From Eledone cirrhosa (Eukaryota): a stretch of DNA of 64,000 nt. The translations under genes and the position numbers were made by a program. Positions 1-18,529 of this stretch are shown one piece after another. Under the pieces are notes generated by a model. It did not search any database. It was not told the origin of the DNA and saw only the letters and a list, made by a program, of their open reading frames with translations. The stretch's first letter is position 1, and each line of letters opens with the position of its first letter. Where the stretch lies: contig OZ024742.1 of assembly GCA_964016885.1 (NCBI GenBank), positions 291,648,001-291,712,000 of the forward strand. Direction: 5' to 3'.

Positions 1-1294
<1,294 letters not shown>

Positions 1295-1672
1295 AATTAT
1301 GTAAACTATATATATGTGTTTGTGTCTATATTGTATCTGTATTATTTTGTGTCTATATTGTATCTGTATTATTGCGCTAACAATACAACAGAACAAATGC
1401 GAATAAATAAGGAAAATATGTTTATTCAAAAATATAGACCAACATTAAATAAGGTTTAATATACATTATGTCAACACCACAATATGACATACACACACAC
1501 ACATAACACCTTCTACTTTAGAAAATAAAAACCCGAACTAAATAAACCTTAAACATACGTTTGCACTGGCAATACAACAGCAAACACGAAAAAGTCAGGA
1601 AAATATGTTCATTCAAAAATATTCCTACTAAAGGAATCATTTTCCTACACACACACATACACACACACACAC

Positions 1673-1709
<37 letters not shown>

Positions 1710-2695
1710 TCTTCATCTTAACATGCTAACCATACTCCCACACACATAACACCCATACACACACATAACAACCCCCACACCTACAACACCCTCCCCATTT
1801 CTACTAATAGAACCACTTTCCTACACACATATATATATACACACACACAAAATATATATTCTCTCCATCTAACATACTCGCACACACACACATAACACCC
1901 ATATACACACACACACAACTCCCCTCCCCCATGCTCTACTAATAGAATCATCTTCCAATACACACATACACACACACACACACACACACATACACACACA
2001 CAAGCACACAAATAAACACATATCTTCAGTCTCAATAGAAAATCTGAACTCTGACACCTGAACTCTGACAGCTGGCCATATTCACTGAACCAGAACATTT
2101 CTCCCAATCCCTTTTCCCTTGACCACTATCTCTCCATTGTCATAACATTCACTATAAAGACTACAGAATAGTTTTCCAAATAAGGGCACAAAAATGTAAT
2201 GAAAACTTGTTCACATGACAGCAAAATTTCATTTATAACCAACCAAAAAAAAGCCTTCGTGAGCCTCATTTTTTCAAGTAAAAAGAAATTCAAACACTCA
2301 TATATGAAAAAACAACCTGTGACAACCCCCCCCACCCCCCTCTCTTATTTGAAGAACTATTGTAACGCGAACTGGCGCGAAATTTATTATAATTATTGAC
2401 AAACCAATCAAATTACTTCTCGAAAAACCTGGTTTTCGAACCACTTTTTCCATATAAAACAAGTAACATTTAGAGACCAACCAGATGTGAGAAAAACCAC
2501 AGACCCTCCACCTCAACTCACCTTTTGAAAAGCAGAAGAACTGCGAAACCGGTAAAGGAACCAAATAAATATATATATTTAAAAAAAAAATAAGACTTCA
2601 GTTGCATTTTCGATTTCATCCCTTTTTCTTTATACTTCCACTCGTGTAGGACACCTCGGTTATTTTTCATTTTGTAAAAAAAACCTCACTTTCTA

Positions 2696-3739
<1,044 letters not shown>

Positions 3740-4114
3740 GACACACGACCATGACTTCTGGCGTCACGCAGTAATACAGGGTACCCGACCTCCCATGGGT
3801 ACATGCTGAAGCATATAAACAATATGCCCCCACTCCCCCCACCGCAAGGTGGTCGTGGAGGTGCCACAGCAAAAAAGCACCCAGCCCACACTGTAAAGTG
3901 GACGTGTAGGCGCCACGAAAAAGCACCCGGCACTCACTGTAAATGAGGTTGGTGTTAGGAAGGGCATCCAGCTGTAGAAATCAAGCCAGATCAGTTCCTG
4001 TATGAGCAAGGCATGGTCAGCCGACCAGACACTGCCCACAACAGGACAACCCGTCTAACCCATGCTAGCGTGGAAGAACGGACGTAAAACGGTGATGATG
4101 ATGATGATGATGAT
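3740..4114 (+). mobile_element. SINE/RTE 3'-tail fragment ending in (GAT)n
   Basis: Contains GGTTGGTGTTAGGAAGGGCATCCAGCTGTAGAAA and the terminal CCCATGCTAGCGTGGAAGAACGGACGTAAAAC-(GAT)n shared with the RTE and SINE copies at 25235, 29258 and 39929. Confidence 0.8.
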
Positions 4115-4137
4115 CATCATATATATACATATAGTAA

Positions 4138-4575
4138 TTAACAAAAGGTTGTAACTGTAGAAACAAGGCAAACTGCCCATTAAAAGGAAATTGTCTTGTT
4201 AACAACATAGTTTATAAATGTAAAGTTAAAACTAAGGATTCTATTTGCTCATATATAGGAGCTACTTCTAACAATTTTAAGGTAAGGTTTAATACCCACA
4301 AACATAGTTTTAAAAATGCCGCACTGGCTAATACAACATCTCTAGCAGAAAAAATTAATAGTTATAAAAATAAGAATATAGAATATGATATGACCTGGAG
4401 TGTGCTCAAAAGAGCCACCCCTTATCAAAATAATAGAAATGAATGTAGATTGTGTTCCCAAGAACTATTTGAAATAATGAAATCTAAGGATATCCTATTA
4501 AATAAGCGACAAGAATTAATTATATCGTGTAATCATAAACTGAGAAAAACATTTAAATATTATAAACCTAATTAA
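4138..4575 (+). pseudogene. Penelope-like GIY-YIG endonuclease C-terminal fragment (CxCx5C linker, Hydra-clade-like)
   Basis: In frame upstream of the listed ORF: GCNCRNKANCPLKGNCLVNNIVYKC...YIGATSNNFKVRFNTHKHSF...WSVLKRA...CRLC...LNKRQELIISCNH; 5'-truncated. Confidence 0.8.
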
Positions 4576-5470
4576 TAATATATATTTTAGAAATTAATAT
4601 ATAAATTAATTTTAATGTAGTTAACCTATAATTTTAATTTAATTAAAATTCTACTACAGATGAAATTAAAAAATATCGTATAATCATAAACTGTGAAAAA
4701 CATTTAAATATTATTAACATAATTAATATATACTTTGGAAATTAATATATAGATTAATTTTAGTTTATTTAACCTATTATTAAAATTCTTTTACAGATGA
4801 AATACAACAAAATATTGTGTAATTAATAACGGAGAAATACTTTTTAATATTATAAACCTTTTAGAAATTAATATATAAATTAATTTTAATTTAGTTAACC
4901 TATAATTTTAATTTAGTTAGCTTATAATTAAAATTCTAATACAGATTGCAGAATATCGTGTAATCATAAACTGAGAAAAACTTTAAAATATATACCTAAT
5001 TAATATACACTTTACAAATTAATATATAGATTATTTTTAATTTAGTTAACCTATAATTAAAATTCTACTATAGATAAAATACAAAATTTTGCTTTAATTA
5101 TTATAAACCTAATTAACATATACTATACAAATTAATATATAATTTTTAATTTAGTTAACCTATAATTAATATTCTACTACCGATGAAATACTTAATTTGG
5201 CTTTCCCTATTACAAAATTCATTTCCTAAAATTGATACCATCATGTTAATATATGTAATTATTTTTAATTTAGTTATGCTATAATTAATACTCTACTACT
5301 GTTTAACTTCAAAATTCCGCTTTAAATATTATAAACCTAAGTAGTATACACCTTAGAAATTAATATATTAACTAATTTTATTTTAGTTAACCTATAATTA
5401 ATATTCTACTTATATTTAAATACATAATTTAGCCTTCTTTCTTACAAATACCATTTCCTAAAACCGATAC
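4522..5470 (+). repeat. Degenerate AT-rich tandem repeat (~100-150 bp units) derived from the PLE ORF end and 3' UTR
   Basis: Recurring ATATCGTGTAATCATAAACTGAGAAAAAC, TTTAGTTAACCTATAATT and ATTCTACTACAGATGAAAT blocks. Confidence 0.75.
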
Positions 5471-5471
5471 A

Positions 5472-5910
5472 ACTATGTAAACACATATAATGATTTAACT
5501 GCAGATTAATATTCTATGTTCCTTGAAACCTATATATTTACTATTTCCCACTAATAATTTTAATCCCCCTCCCCCCCCGCAATAATTATTTGTATTTGTA
5601 AGCGTGGATGTATGGATGTGTATGTAAGTGTGTATGTATGTTTGTATGTGTGTATAAAAATACATATGTGCGCATGTATATATGTGTGTGTACTATGTAA
5701 ACACATATAATGATTTAACTGCAGATTAATATTCTATGTTCCTTGAAACCTATATATTTACTATTTCCCACTAATAATTTTAATCCCCCCTTACCCCCCC
5801 CCCCCATAATTATTTGTATTTGTAAGCGTGGATGTATGTATGTGTATGTATGTTTGTGTGTTTGTATGTGAGTATAAAAATACATATGTGCGCATGTAAA
5901 TGTGTGTGTA
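5472..5910 (+). repeat. ~220-bp tandem duplication
   Basis: ACTATGTAAACACATATAATGATTTAACTGCAG... starts at ~5472 and again at ~5692. Confidence 0.85.
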
Positions 5911-5913
5911 TGA

Positions 5914-5952
<39 letters not shown>

Positions 5953-6140
5953 GATATATATGTGTATGTATGTATGTGTATGTAGAGATGTGTGTATGTA
6001 TGTGTATATATGTGCATATGTGTCTGACTGTGTATTTATATATATATATATATATACATATATGTGTGTGTATGTCTCTATATATATGTATGTCTGAGTG
6101 TGTGTGTGGTTGTGTATATATACATGGGTATGTGTGTGTA

Positions 6141-6209
<69 letters not shown>

Positions 6210-6932
6210 GTTTGAATATGTGTAATAAGGCCAAGACAATGCAGGTATGGACATAGAAAAAAGAATGCAATAGTGAAAGATATTGATGTGAATTCGTCTT
6301 TCACCTTGAATTTATTTAAATGTCCTTAATTTTCGAGATAATATCTCTTCTTCGGAGGGAAGTAAAGGTCTCAAACCAGCGTCTTTAAATCTCTAATCAA
6401 GCCATGCTGACCGGAAATAGTATAGAGTATCTGTTCTAACTCTAATATCAAAGAATTAAAATTAGGTGGATAAAGAGTAGTCTCCCTTTAAGAGGGGTTT
6501 GTTTAGGTTTTTATTTATTTATTTATTTATTTATTTTTTTTTAATTTTATATGCGTGCCTGTATATGTGTGTGGGAGAATGCATGAAGGTGTAGGTATGT
6601 GGGTGTGTGTGAGTGTGTGAAGATAGGTCTAATCGTAAAAGTGGGGGGTAGGTGTTATCTGGTGTTAGAACTGGTTTTGTGTGTGTATGTGTGAGAGAGA
6701 ATAAGTGGAGGTGTGCGCGTGCGTGTGTGTGGGGTGTGTAAAATGGGGCGAGAGGCCCTATCAGGTTATGAATTGGGTGTTGAGCTCTAGTCTATTATTG
6801 ATTGGTGGATGTGTTCTATCTATAATAAGTGCTTCCTTAATTCTAAGATTGCCGAGGTTTCTTTCCTTAGTTTCTATCCTAACTGTTATGTTTTTATCGG
6901 TGATTTGCATTTAACTAGGTGTTTCTTAAATG

Positions 6933-7753
6933 TGTGGTGTCCACCACCACACATACAGACAGACAACAGGATTACCCATGGGATCCAGCCTCTCGGGCCT
7001 GCTGGCCATCACTTACATGAACCAGCTAGAATGCCGAGCCCTCAACACCTGCCATTCCCATGCCTTCTTCACCCGATATGTAGATGACATACTCATCCTT
7101 ACATCATCCCGTGAGGAGGCAGAGAAAATATACACAACATTCTCCAGCATGGACGCCAATATAAAGTTCAGCATGGAACACCCCGATGGCCGCGGATCCC
7201 TATCCCTACTGGACTTCCAACTCAGGGTAACAGAGGAAGGCAACATCCACACCTGCTTCTATAAAAAATCTGCCAGCAGGGACCTGTTCGTACATTTCAG
7301 ATCGGCCCTCCCACTCGGTGCCAAGTTCGGATACATAAAGAACGAACTGGCACGTATCAAGAACAAATGCACCGACGCCAGAGACCGAGACACACACACC
7401 ACACATTTCCTGGAGACACTCCACCAGACATGATAACTGCTGCAGACTAGCCAACTGCCCCATCAACGACACAGACCTATGCCACCAGGCTTACGTCGTA
7501 TACAGACTAGAGTGTGACAAATGCAACAACTTCTACATAGGTAGCACCACCAGACCACTCCACATAAGAATAAAAGAACACCTCAATACTAACACTTCCT
7601 CATTTAAGAAACACCTATAAAAACATAACAGTTAGGATAGAAACTAAGGAAAGAAACCTCGGCAATCTTAGAATTAAGGAAGCACTTATTATAGATAGAA
7701 CACATCCACCAATCAATAATAGACTAGAGCTCAACACCCAATTCATAACCTGA
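6933..7753 (+). pseudogene. PLE reverse transcriptase (motifs B'-E) plus GIY-YIG endonuclease, internally deleted and frameshifted
   Basis: YRQTTGLPMGSSLSGLLA, FTRYVDDILI, LSLLDF; after the break at ~7430, CCRLANCP...YVVYRLECDKCNNFYIGSTTRPLHIRIKEHL...LRIKEALII. Confidence 0.88.
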
Positions 7754-8157
7754 TAGGGCCTCTCGCCCCATTTTACACACCCCCACACACGCACGCGCAC
7801 ACCTCCACTTATTCTCTCTCACACATACACACACAAAACCAGTTCTAACACCAGATAACACCTACCCCCCACTTTTACGATTAGACCTATCTTCCCACAC
7901 TCACACACACACACCCACATACCTACACCTTCATGCATTCTCCCACACACATATACAGGCACGCATATAAAATAAAAAAAAAAAATAAAATAAATAAATA
8001 AATAAAAACCTAAACAAACCCCTCTTAAAGGGAGACTACTCTTTATCCACCTAATTTTAATTCTTTGATATTAGAGTTAGAACAGATACTCTATACTATT
8101 TCCGGTCAGCATGGCTTGATTAGAGATTTAAAGACGCTGGTTTGAGACCTTTACTTC

Positions 8158-8189
8158 CCTCCGAAGAAGAGATATCTCGAAAATTAAGG
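8158..8189 (+). ncRNA. Minimal hammerhead-like motif with variant core CCGAAGA (inverted copy at 6324-6358, minus)
   Basis: CCT-CCGAAGA-A-GAGA(TA)TCTC-GAAA-ATTA-AGG; only a 3-bp stem I and a U4C change. Confidence 0.4.
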
Positions 8190-8409
8190 ACATTTAAATA
8201 AGTTCAAGGTGAAAGACGAATTCACATCAATATCTTTCACTATTGCATTCTTTTTTCTATGTCCATACCTGCATTGTCTTGGGCTTATTACACATATTCA
8301 AACGTTTATACCTCATTACACAATGCTTCAAGTGAACTATAACCTCCTCCATATATATATGTATATATATATATGTATATATATATGTGTGTGTGTGTAT
8401 ATGTATGTA

Positions 8410-8461
<52 letters not shown>

Positions 8462-9032
8462 TGTATTTATATGTATGGGTATATGTTTTACTTATTTTTA
8501 TGTGTATGCATACAAACAGGTTAATATGCGTGAGGTTAAGTATGTGTAGGTGTGTGTGTGTACGTATGTATGTATTGAACGTATGGATGTGTAAATGTGC
8601 GTATGTATATAAGCATGTATATTTTATGTCTCTCTTTTATGTTTTTTTATGTTTTTTTATATTTCTTTTGTGAGACATTCGCGTCTGTTTATGTACGTAC
8701 CCCCCCTCTATATTTTTGTTCCCCCCCGCTTTTTTTTTATTTTTTTTTTGTTTTTTCTTTTGAGTTTTTTCCTTCTATAAAAAAATTTTTTTTATTTCTA
8801 ATTTTATGGATACATTTTTATTAGTATGTCAAGATTGACACTTTCCTTTAATTACTTACTCCCTTACCTCCTTTACTTCTACATCTGAATGTAAGTGTGT
8901 GTGGGCGCCTCAATATCCATATAGTTATAATAATAATATATATGTAGGTGTGTGTGTGTGTATGTATGTGTGTGTATGTGTGTGTATATATATATGTATA
9001 TATATATGTATGTGTATGCATGTATGTATATG

Positions 9033-9069
<37 letters not shown>

Positions 9070-9320
9070 TGTCTGTAGATTGTAGACATACAGATACATT
9101 AGCCCTAAATTTTTATATTTACATACACTTTTTCAACATACGTATACATATGAACATACAATTTTATGCACATCTGTGAACGGATTTACATACATATATA
9201 TATACACACACCTAACTGTATTTTCTAAATAAATTTTTTATGTATTTCATTGGTCTATTTAAAATCTGTTCCCAAACAGACCTGTAATTTTGAATTGTTG
9301 TTATTATCAATAAATATGCA

Positions 9321-9461
9321 TCATTATTTCTGAAGACAGCATATATATGTGAAGGTATGTATATTCTCTTTGATGGTTAGTATAATTTTGTACATAGATC
9401 TTTTGAATATGCATACCAATTCTAACACATATATGTCCTAGAAACGATCGTAAAATAATGA
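9321..9461 (+). ncRNA. Type I hammerhead ribozyme with 104-nt extended stem II
   Basis: Stem I TCATTATTT/AAATAATGA, core CTGAAGA, GAAAC-GATC-GTA with palindromic stem III; stem II helices ATATATGTG/CACATATAT and GGTATGTATATTC/GAATATGCATACC. Confidence 0.75.
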
Positions 9462-9521
9462 ACTTTTTTTGTTTAATATAAGGAACTGTTTCTTTGTTTA
9501 TTCATTATTTTTTTAATAATT

Positions 9522-11291
<1,770 letters not shown>

Positions 11292-11403
11292 ATATAGATG
11301 AGATTCTACAGGACTAGAACTGTTTCATTCATTAGAAATCATCAGGAATCTGATGATTTCTAATGAATGAAACAGTTCTAGTCCTGTAGAATCTCATCTA
11401 TAT
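11292..11403. repeat. Perfect 54-bp inverted repeat with 4-nt spacer
   Basis: 11292-11345 is the exact reverse complement of 11350-11403; spacer GAAT. Confidence 0.95.
11301..11351 (-). ncRNA. Type I hammerhead ribozyme
   Basis: Minus strand AGAUUC-CUGAUGA-U-UUC(UAAU)GAA-U-GAA-ACAG(UUCUAGUC)CUGU-A-GAAUCU: 6-bp stem I, 4-bp stem III, GUA site. Confidence 0.75.
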
Positions 11404-11498
11404 TAAAACTGTTATACTCTGCTATGTATTGAGTACCTTACTTACTGTGGTTACCTCCGATTCAACCCGGAATAACGTACATATACATATACATATAC

Positions 11499-11547
<49 letters not shown>

Positions 11548-11718
11548 CATACATATATACATATACATATATATATACATATACATATATATATATACAT
11601 ATATATATACGTATATATATACATATATATATATATATTTATATATATATATATATATATGTATTATATATATATATATATATATGTATAAGTAATATAT
11701 AAGATCAGGAGTTCCATG

Positions 11719-11789
11719 TATTTTATTATGCGCATTTCAAAAACAAACATCACCATGCAATAATATTTGTGTTTTCATCAGATAAAACA
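11719..11789 (-). ncRNA. Type I hammerhead ribozyme
   Basis: Minus strand UGUUUUAU-CUGAUGA-[14-position stem II, one mismatch]-GAA-AUGCGCAU-A-AUAAAAUA; palindromic stem III, AUA site. Confidence 0.78.
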
Positions 11790-11918
11790 GGAGGACATGA
11801 TATGAAGGCTAAAAAACACTTGTGGATAGTGCAGTTTTAAATCAACATATGCAGTTTTAAATCAACTTCTTATCCGATATCTGCATTGCTTTATTGTACT
11901 ACAATAAAACTCACCTCC

Positions 11919-16023
<4,105 letters not shown>

Positions 16024-16869
16024 CATCATCATCAACGTGGATGGGGTGGGGGTGGTGGGACGGGGTGGGGGGTATTTTGTTAGAGATGCCTACTGGCTGT
16101 AGTAGGTTTTACTATGTATTTAGGTAAGGCGGGTCTTCTCTGTTACTGAGTACCGCCAAAGGTCTCGGTCCAGTGACATTGTCTTGGAGAGGTCTAAGTG
16201 TGTGAGGTCGGAGTTTATCAGCTCGTCCCAGGTTTTTCTAGGTCTGCCTATTCCGTGGCTACCGTCTATCTTTATTGCCCTGCACTTTGTTATACAGCTA
16301 TCGACTTTCATGCGCATCACGTGTCCATACCAACGTAGCCTTCGCTCGAGTAAACAACATCTGATCCCTCTTATTTCTAATTTTTTCCTTAGTTCGTTTA
16401 TGCTTTGCCGTTCACGTATATTACTGTTACACATCCAGCGGAGCATGCAAGCTTCGTTCCTCTCCAGTCTGCGTATATCCTCTGCACACAATGCCCAGGT
16501 CTCACTGCCATGCAACATTGCTGTTCGCATGCAGGCATCGTACAACCTGCCTTTCATTTTTAGGGAGAACCCTTTAGCAGCTAATAGTGGTATCAGCTCT
16601 CTGAACTTTTTCCAACCAGTTCTGACTCTAGCTACTGTACTTTCAGAGCACCCACCCCCACTGCTGATTTTATCACCCAGGTAACGGAAACTGTCCACTA
16701 TTTCTATAGAACCCTCTGCGCAATTGAAAGAGCAAGTATTTTGTGGGCACTTGCTGCTACTTATTGCACCAGAGCACCGGCCACATGTAAAATCTATGTT
16801 CTTAGTTAGCTTACCTGTGATCCCACTACATCTTTTATGCACCCATACTTTGCATTTAGGACATAAAAT
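16024..16869 (-). mobile_element. RTE-clade LINE, 5'-truncated, with internally deleted 3' UTR
   Basis: ORF 16120-16842: FRYLGD, ARVRTGWKKFREL, MLHGSETW, RRLRWYGHVMR, GRPRKTW; ends in (GAT)n. Confidence 0.92.
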
Positions 16870-16876
16870 ATATATA

Positions 16877-17364
16877 CATCATCATCATCATCATCAGGTT
16901 TAGCGTCCGTGTTCCACGCTTGCATGGGTTTGGACGGGGGTTTTCCCACTTGAGGCAAGAGTGGTTGTCTTGCTCGCATAGGACTGTCTGGCGGGTTTTC
17001 TACAGTGGGATGCCCTTCCTAACACCAACCACATTTACAGTGTGGGGCTGGGAGGTTTTTACCGTGTTGCCTACACGGCCACATTACAGCGTGGACTGTC
17101 TGGCGGGTTTTCTACAGCTGGATGCCCTTCCTAACACCAACCACATTTACAGTGTTGGGCTGGGAGGCTTTTACCGTGTTGCCTACACGGCCACATTTAC
17201 AGCGTGGACTGTGTGTTTTTTGTAGCGACACCTACACGATCTCATTTGTTTCGGCCTGGATGTTGTGGGAGTGGGACCAACATAACTTTACATTGAAAGT
17301 GGCGGTGTGGGTGGGGTGGAGGTGGTGGGACGGGGGTGTGTTTTGATAGAGATGCCTACTGACT
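16877..17364 (-). mobile_element. RTE 3' UTR only, with internal ~112-bp tandem duplication, fused to a PLE
   Basis: Matches the 3' UTR at 29258-29631; unit 16981-17092 repeated at 17093-17205, bounded by GGACTGT. Confidence 0.88.
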
Positions 17365-18372
17365 AAATTTAGAAGGGCCCTAAAGAAACATAATCTCAAT
17401 ATGAAGATAGTAGAAAGACCTGGTACCTCCGTAAAAACACTTATTAGCAAGACATACCCGTTCCAAAGACCCTCATGTATAGATAAGAAATGTATAACCT
17501 GTAAAATAAGCCCCCATATTAACTGTAAAACTAGAAATGTAGTATATAGCATAAGATGTACTGAAGGACAATGTAGAAACAAAAATATAGTGTACATAGG
17601 TGAGACAGCTCGTAGTATAGGGGAACGAATTAATGAACACTGGCGAGACCTCCAAGATAGTAAAGAATCATCTGTGCTCTACCAACATGCTAAGATAGAA
17701 CACAGGGGTAAATTAGAGAGCATAGAAATAAAAATAGAATCCACACACAAGAAAGACGCAATGTTTAGGCAAATTACAGAGGCAGTAAGCATAAAAGAAT
17801 TAAAACCAAAATTAAATAGAAAATATGAGTGGAACAGCAACATCACAACTTACAATTAAGGACAAAATGAAAACACACACACACATAGAACAAACAACTT
17901 ACAATTGAAAACACACACAAAACAAAATGAAAACACACACAAAACAAAATGAAAACACACACACACACATAGAACAAACAACCAACCAACAATAAATAAA
18001 TAAATAAACAAACAAATAGAAAAATATAAATAGAAAAATAGAAAAATGAACACAAACACACACAGACACGCGGATGTGGCGCATGCGCAAACTAAGCACG
18101 CAACCCACACACAAACAAAATGGCGTAGGATAGAAGAAAGGAAAGGCACAGAAACGAAGAAAGAAATCCCCAGTCACTGAAGAGGTCACAGAGTGTGTGA
18201 CGAAAGAACTATGACTATATATATATAAACAACTATCTGGTTGTGGAACCAACCAACCAACCAGAAATTTATAAATTTGTAAATTTATAAATATTTAATA
18301 AATTAAATTGAAGTGAAAGCAACTGGTGCGTGTGTTTCTTATTGGCAACATGACCCTCCCAAAGTATAACAA
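17365..18372 (+). mobile_element. Penelope-like element family 1, 5'-truncated copy (GIY-YIG plus 3' tail)
   Basis: Near-identical to 20024-21024; NVVYSIRC...[16 protein letters not shown]. Confidence 0.93.
18172..18216 (+). ncRNA. Minimal hammerhead ribozyme of PLE family 1 (copy 1)
   Basis: AGTCA-CTGAAGA-G-GTCACA(GAGTG)TGTGAC-GAAAG-AA-CTA-TGACT. Confidence 0.8.
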
Positions 18373-18394
18373 TATATATATATATATATATACA

Positions 18395-18478
<84 letters not shown>

Positions 18479-18529
18479 TGTATATATATATATACATAAA
18501 TGTATATATATATATATATACATATATGT

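Larger units (their letters stand above)
6203..8350 (+). mobile_element. Penelope-like element family 2: 5'-truncated body with inverted 5' copy of its 3' end
   Basis: 6203-6932 is the reverse complement of 7601-8310; RT and GIY-YIG motifs inside; both ends run into TA arrays. Confidence 0.9.

Noticed and set aside
2100-2695. Possible DNA transposon or Helitron fragment
   Set aside because: No terminal repeats, target duplication or paired Helitron termini could be established
16184-16684. Antisense ORFs over the LINE and PLE coding regions
   Set aside because: Shadow frames of the real retroelement ORFs, with no recognisable motifs
16877-16900. CTGATGA on the minus strand at RTE ends (also ~29275)
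   Set aside because: Start of the (GAT)n LINE tail, with no stem II or GAAA; not a hammerhead
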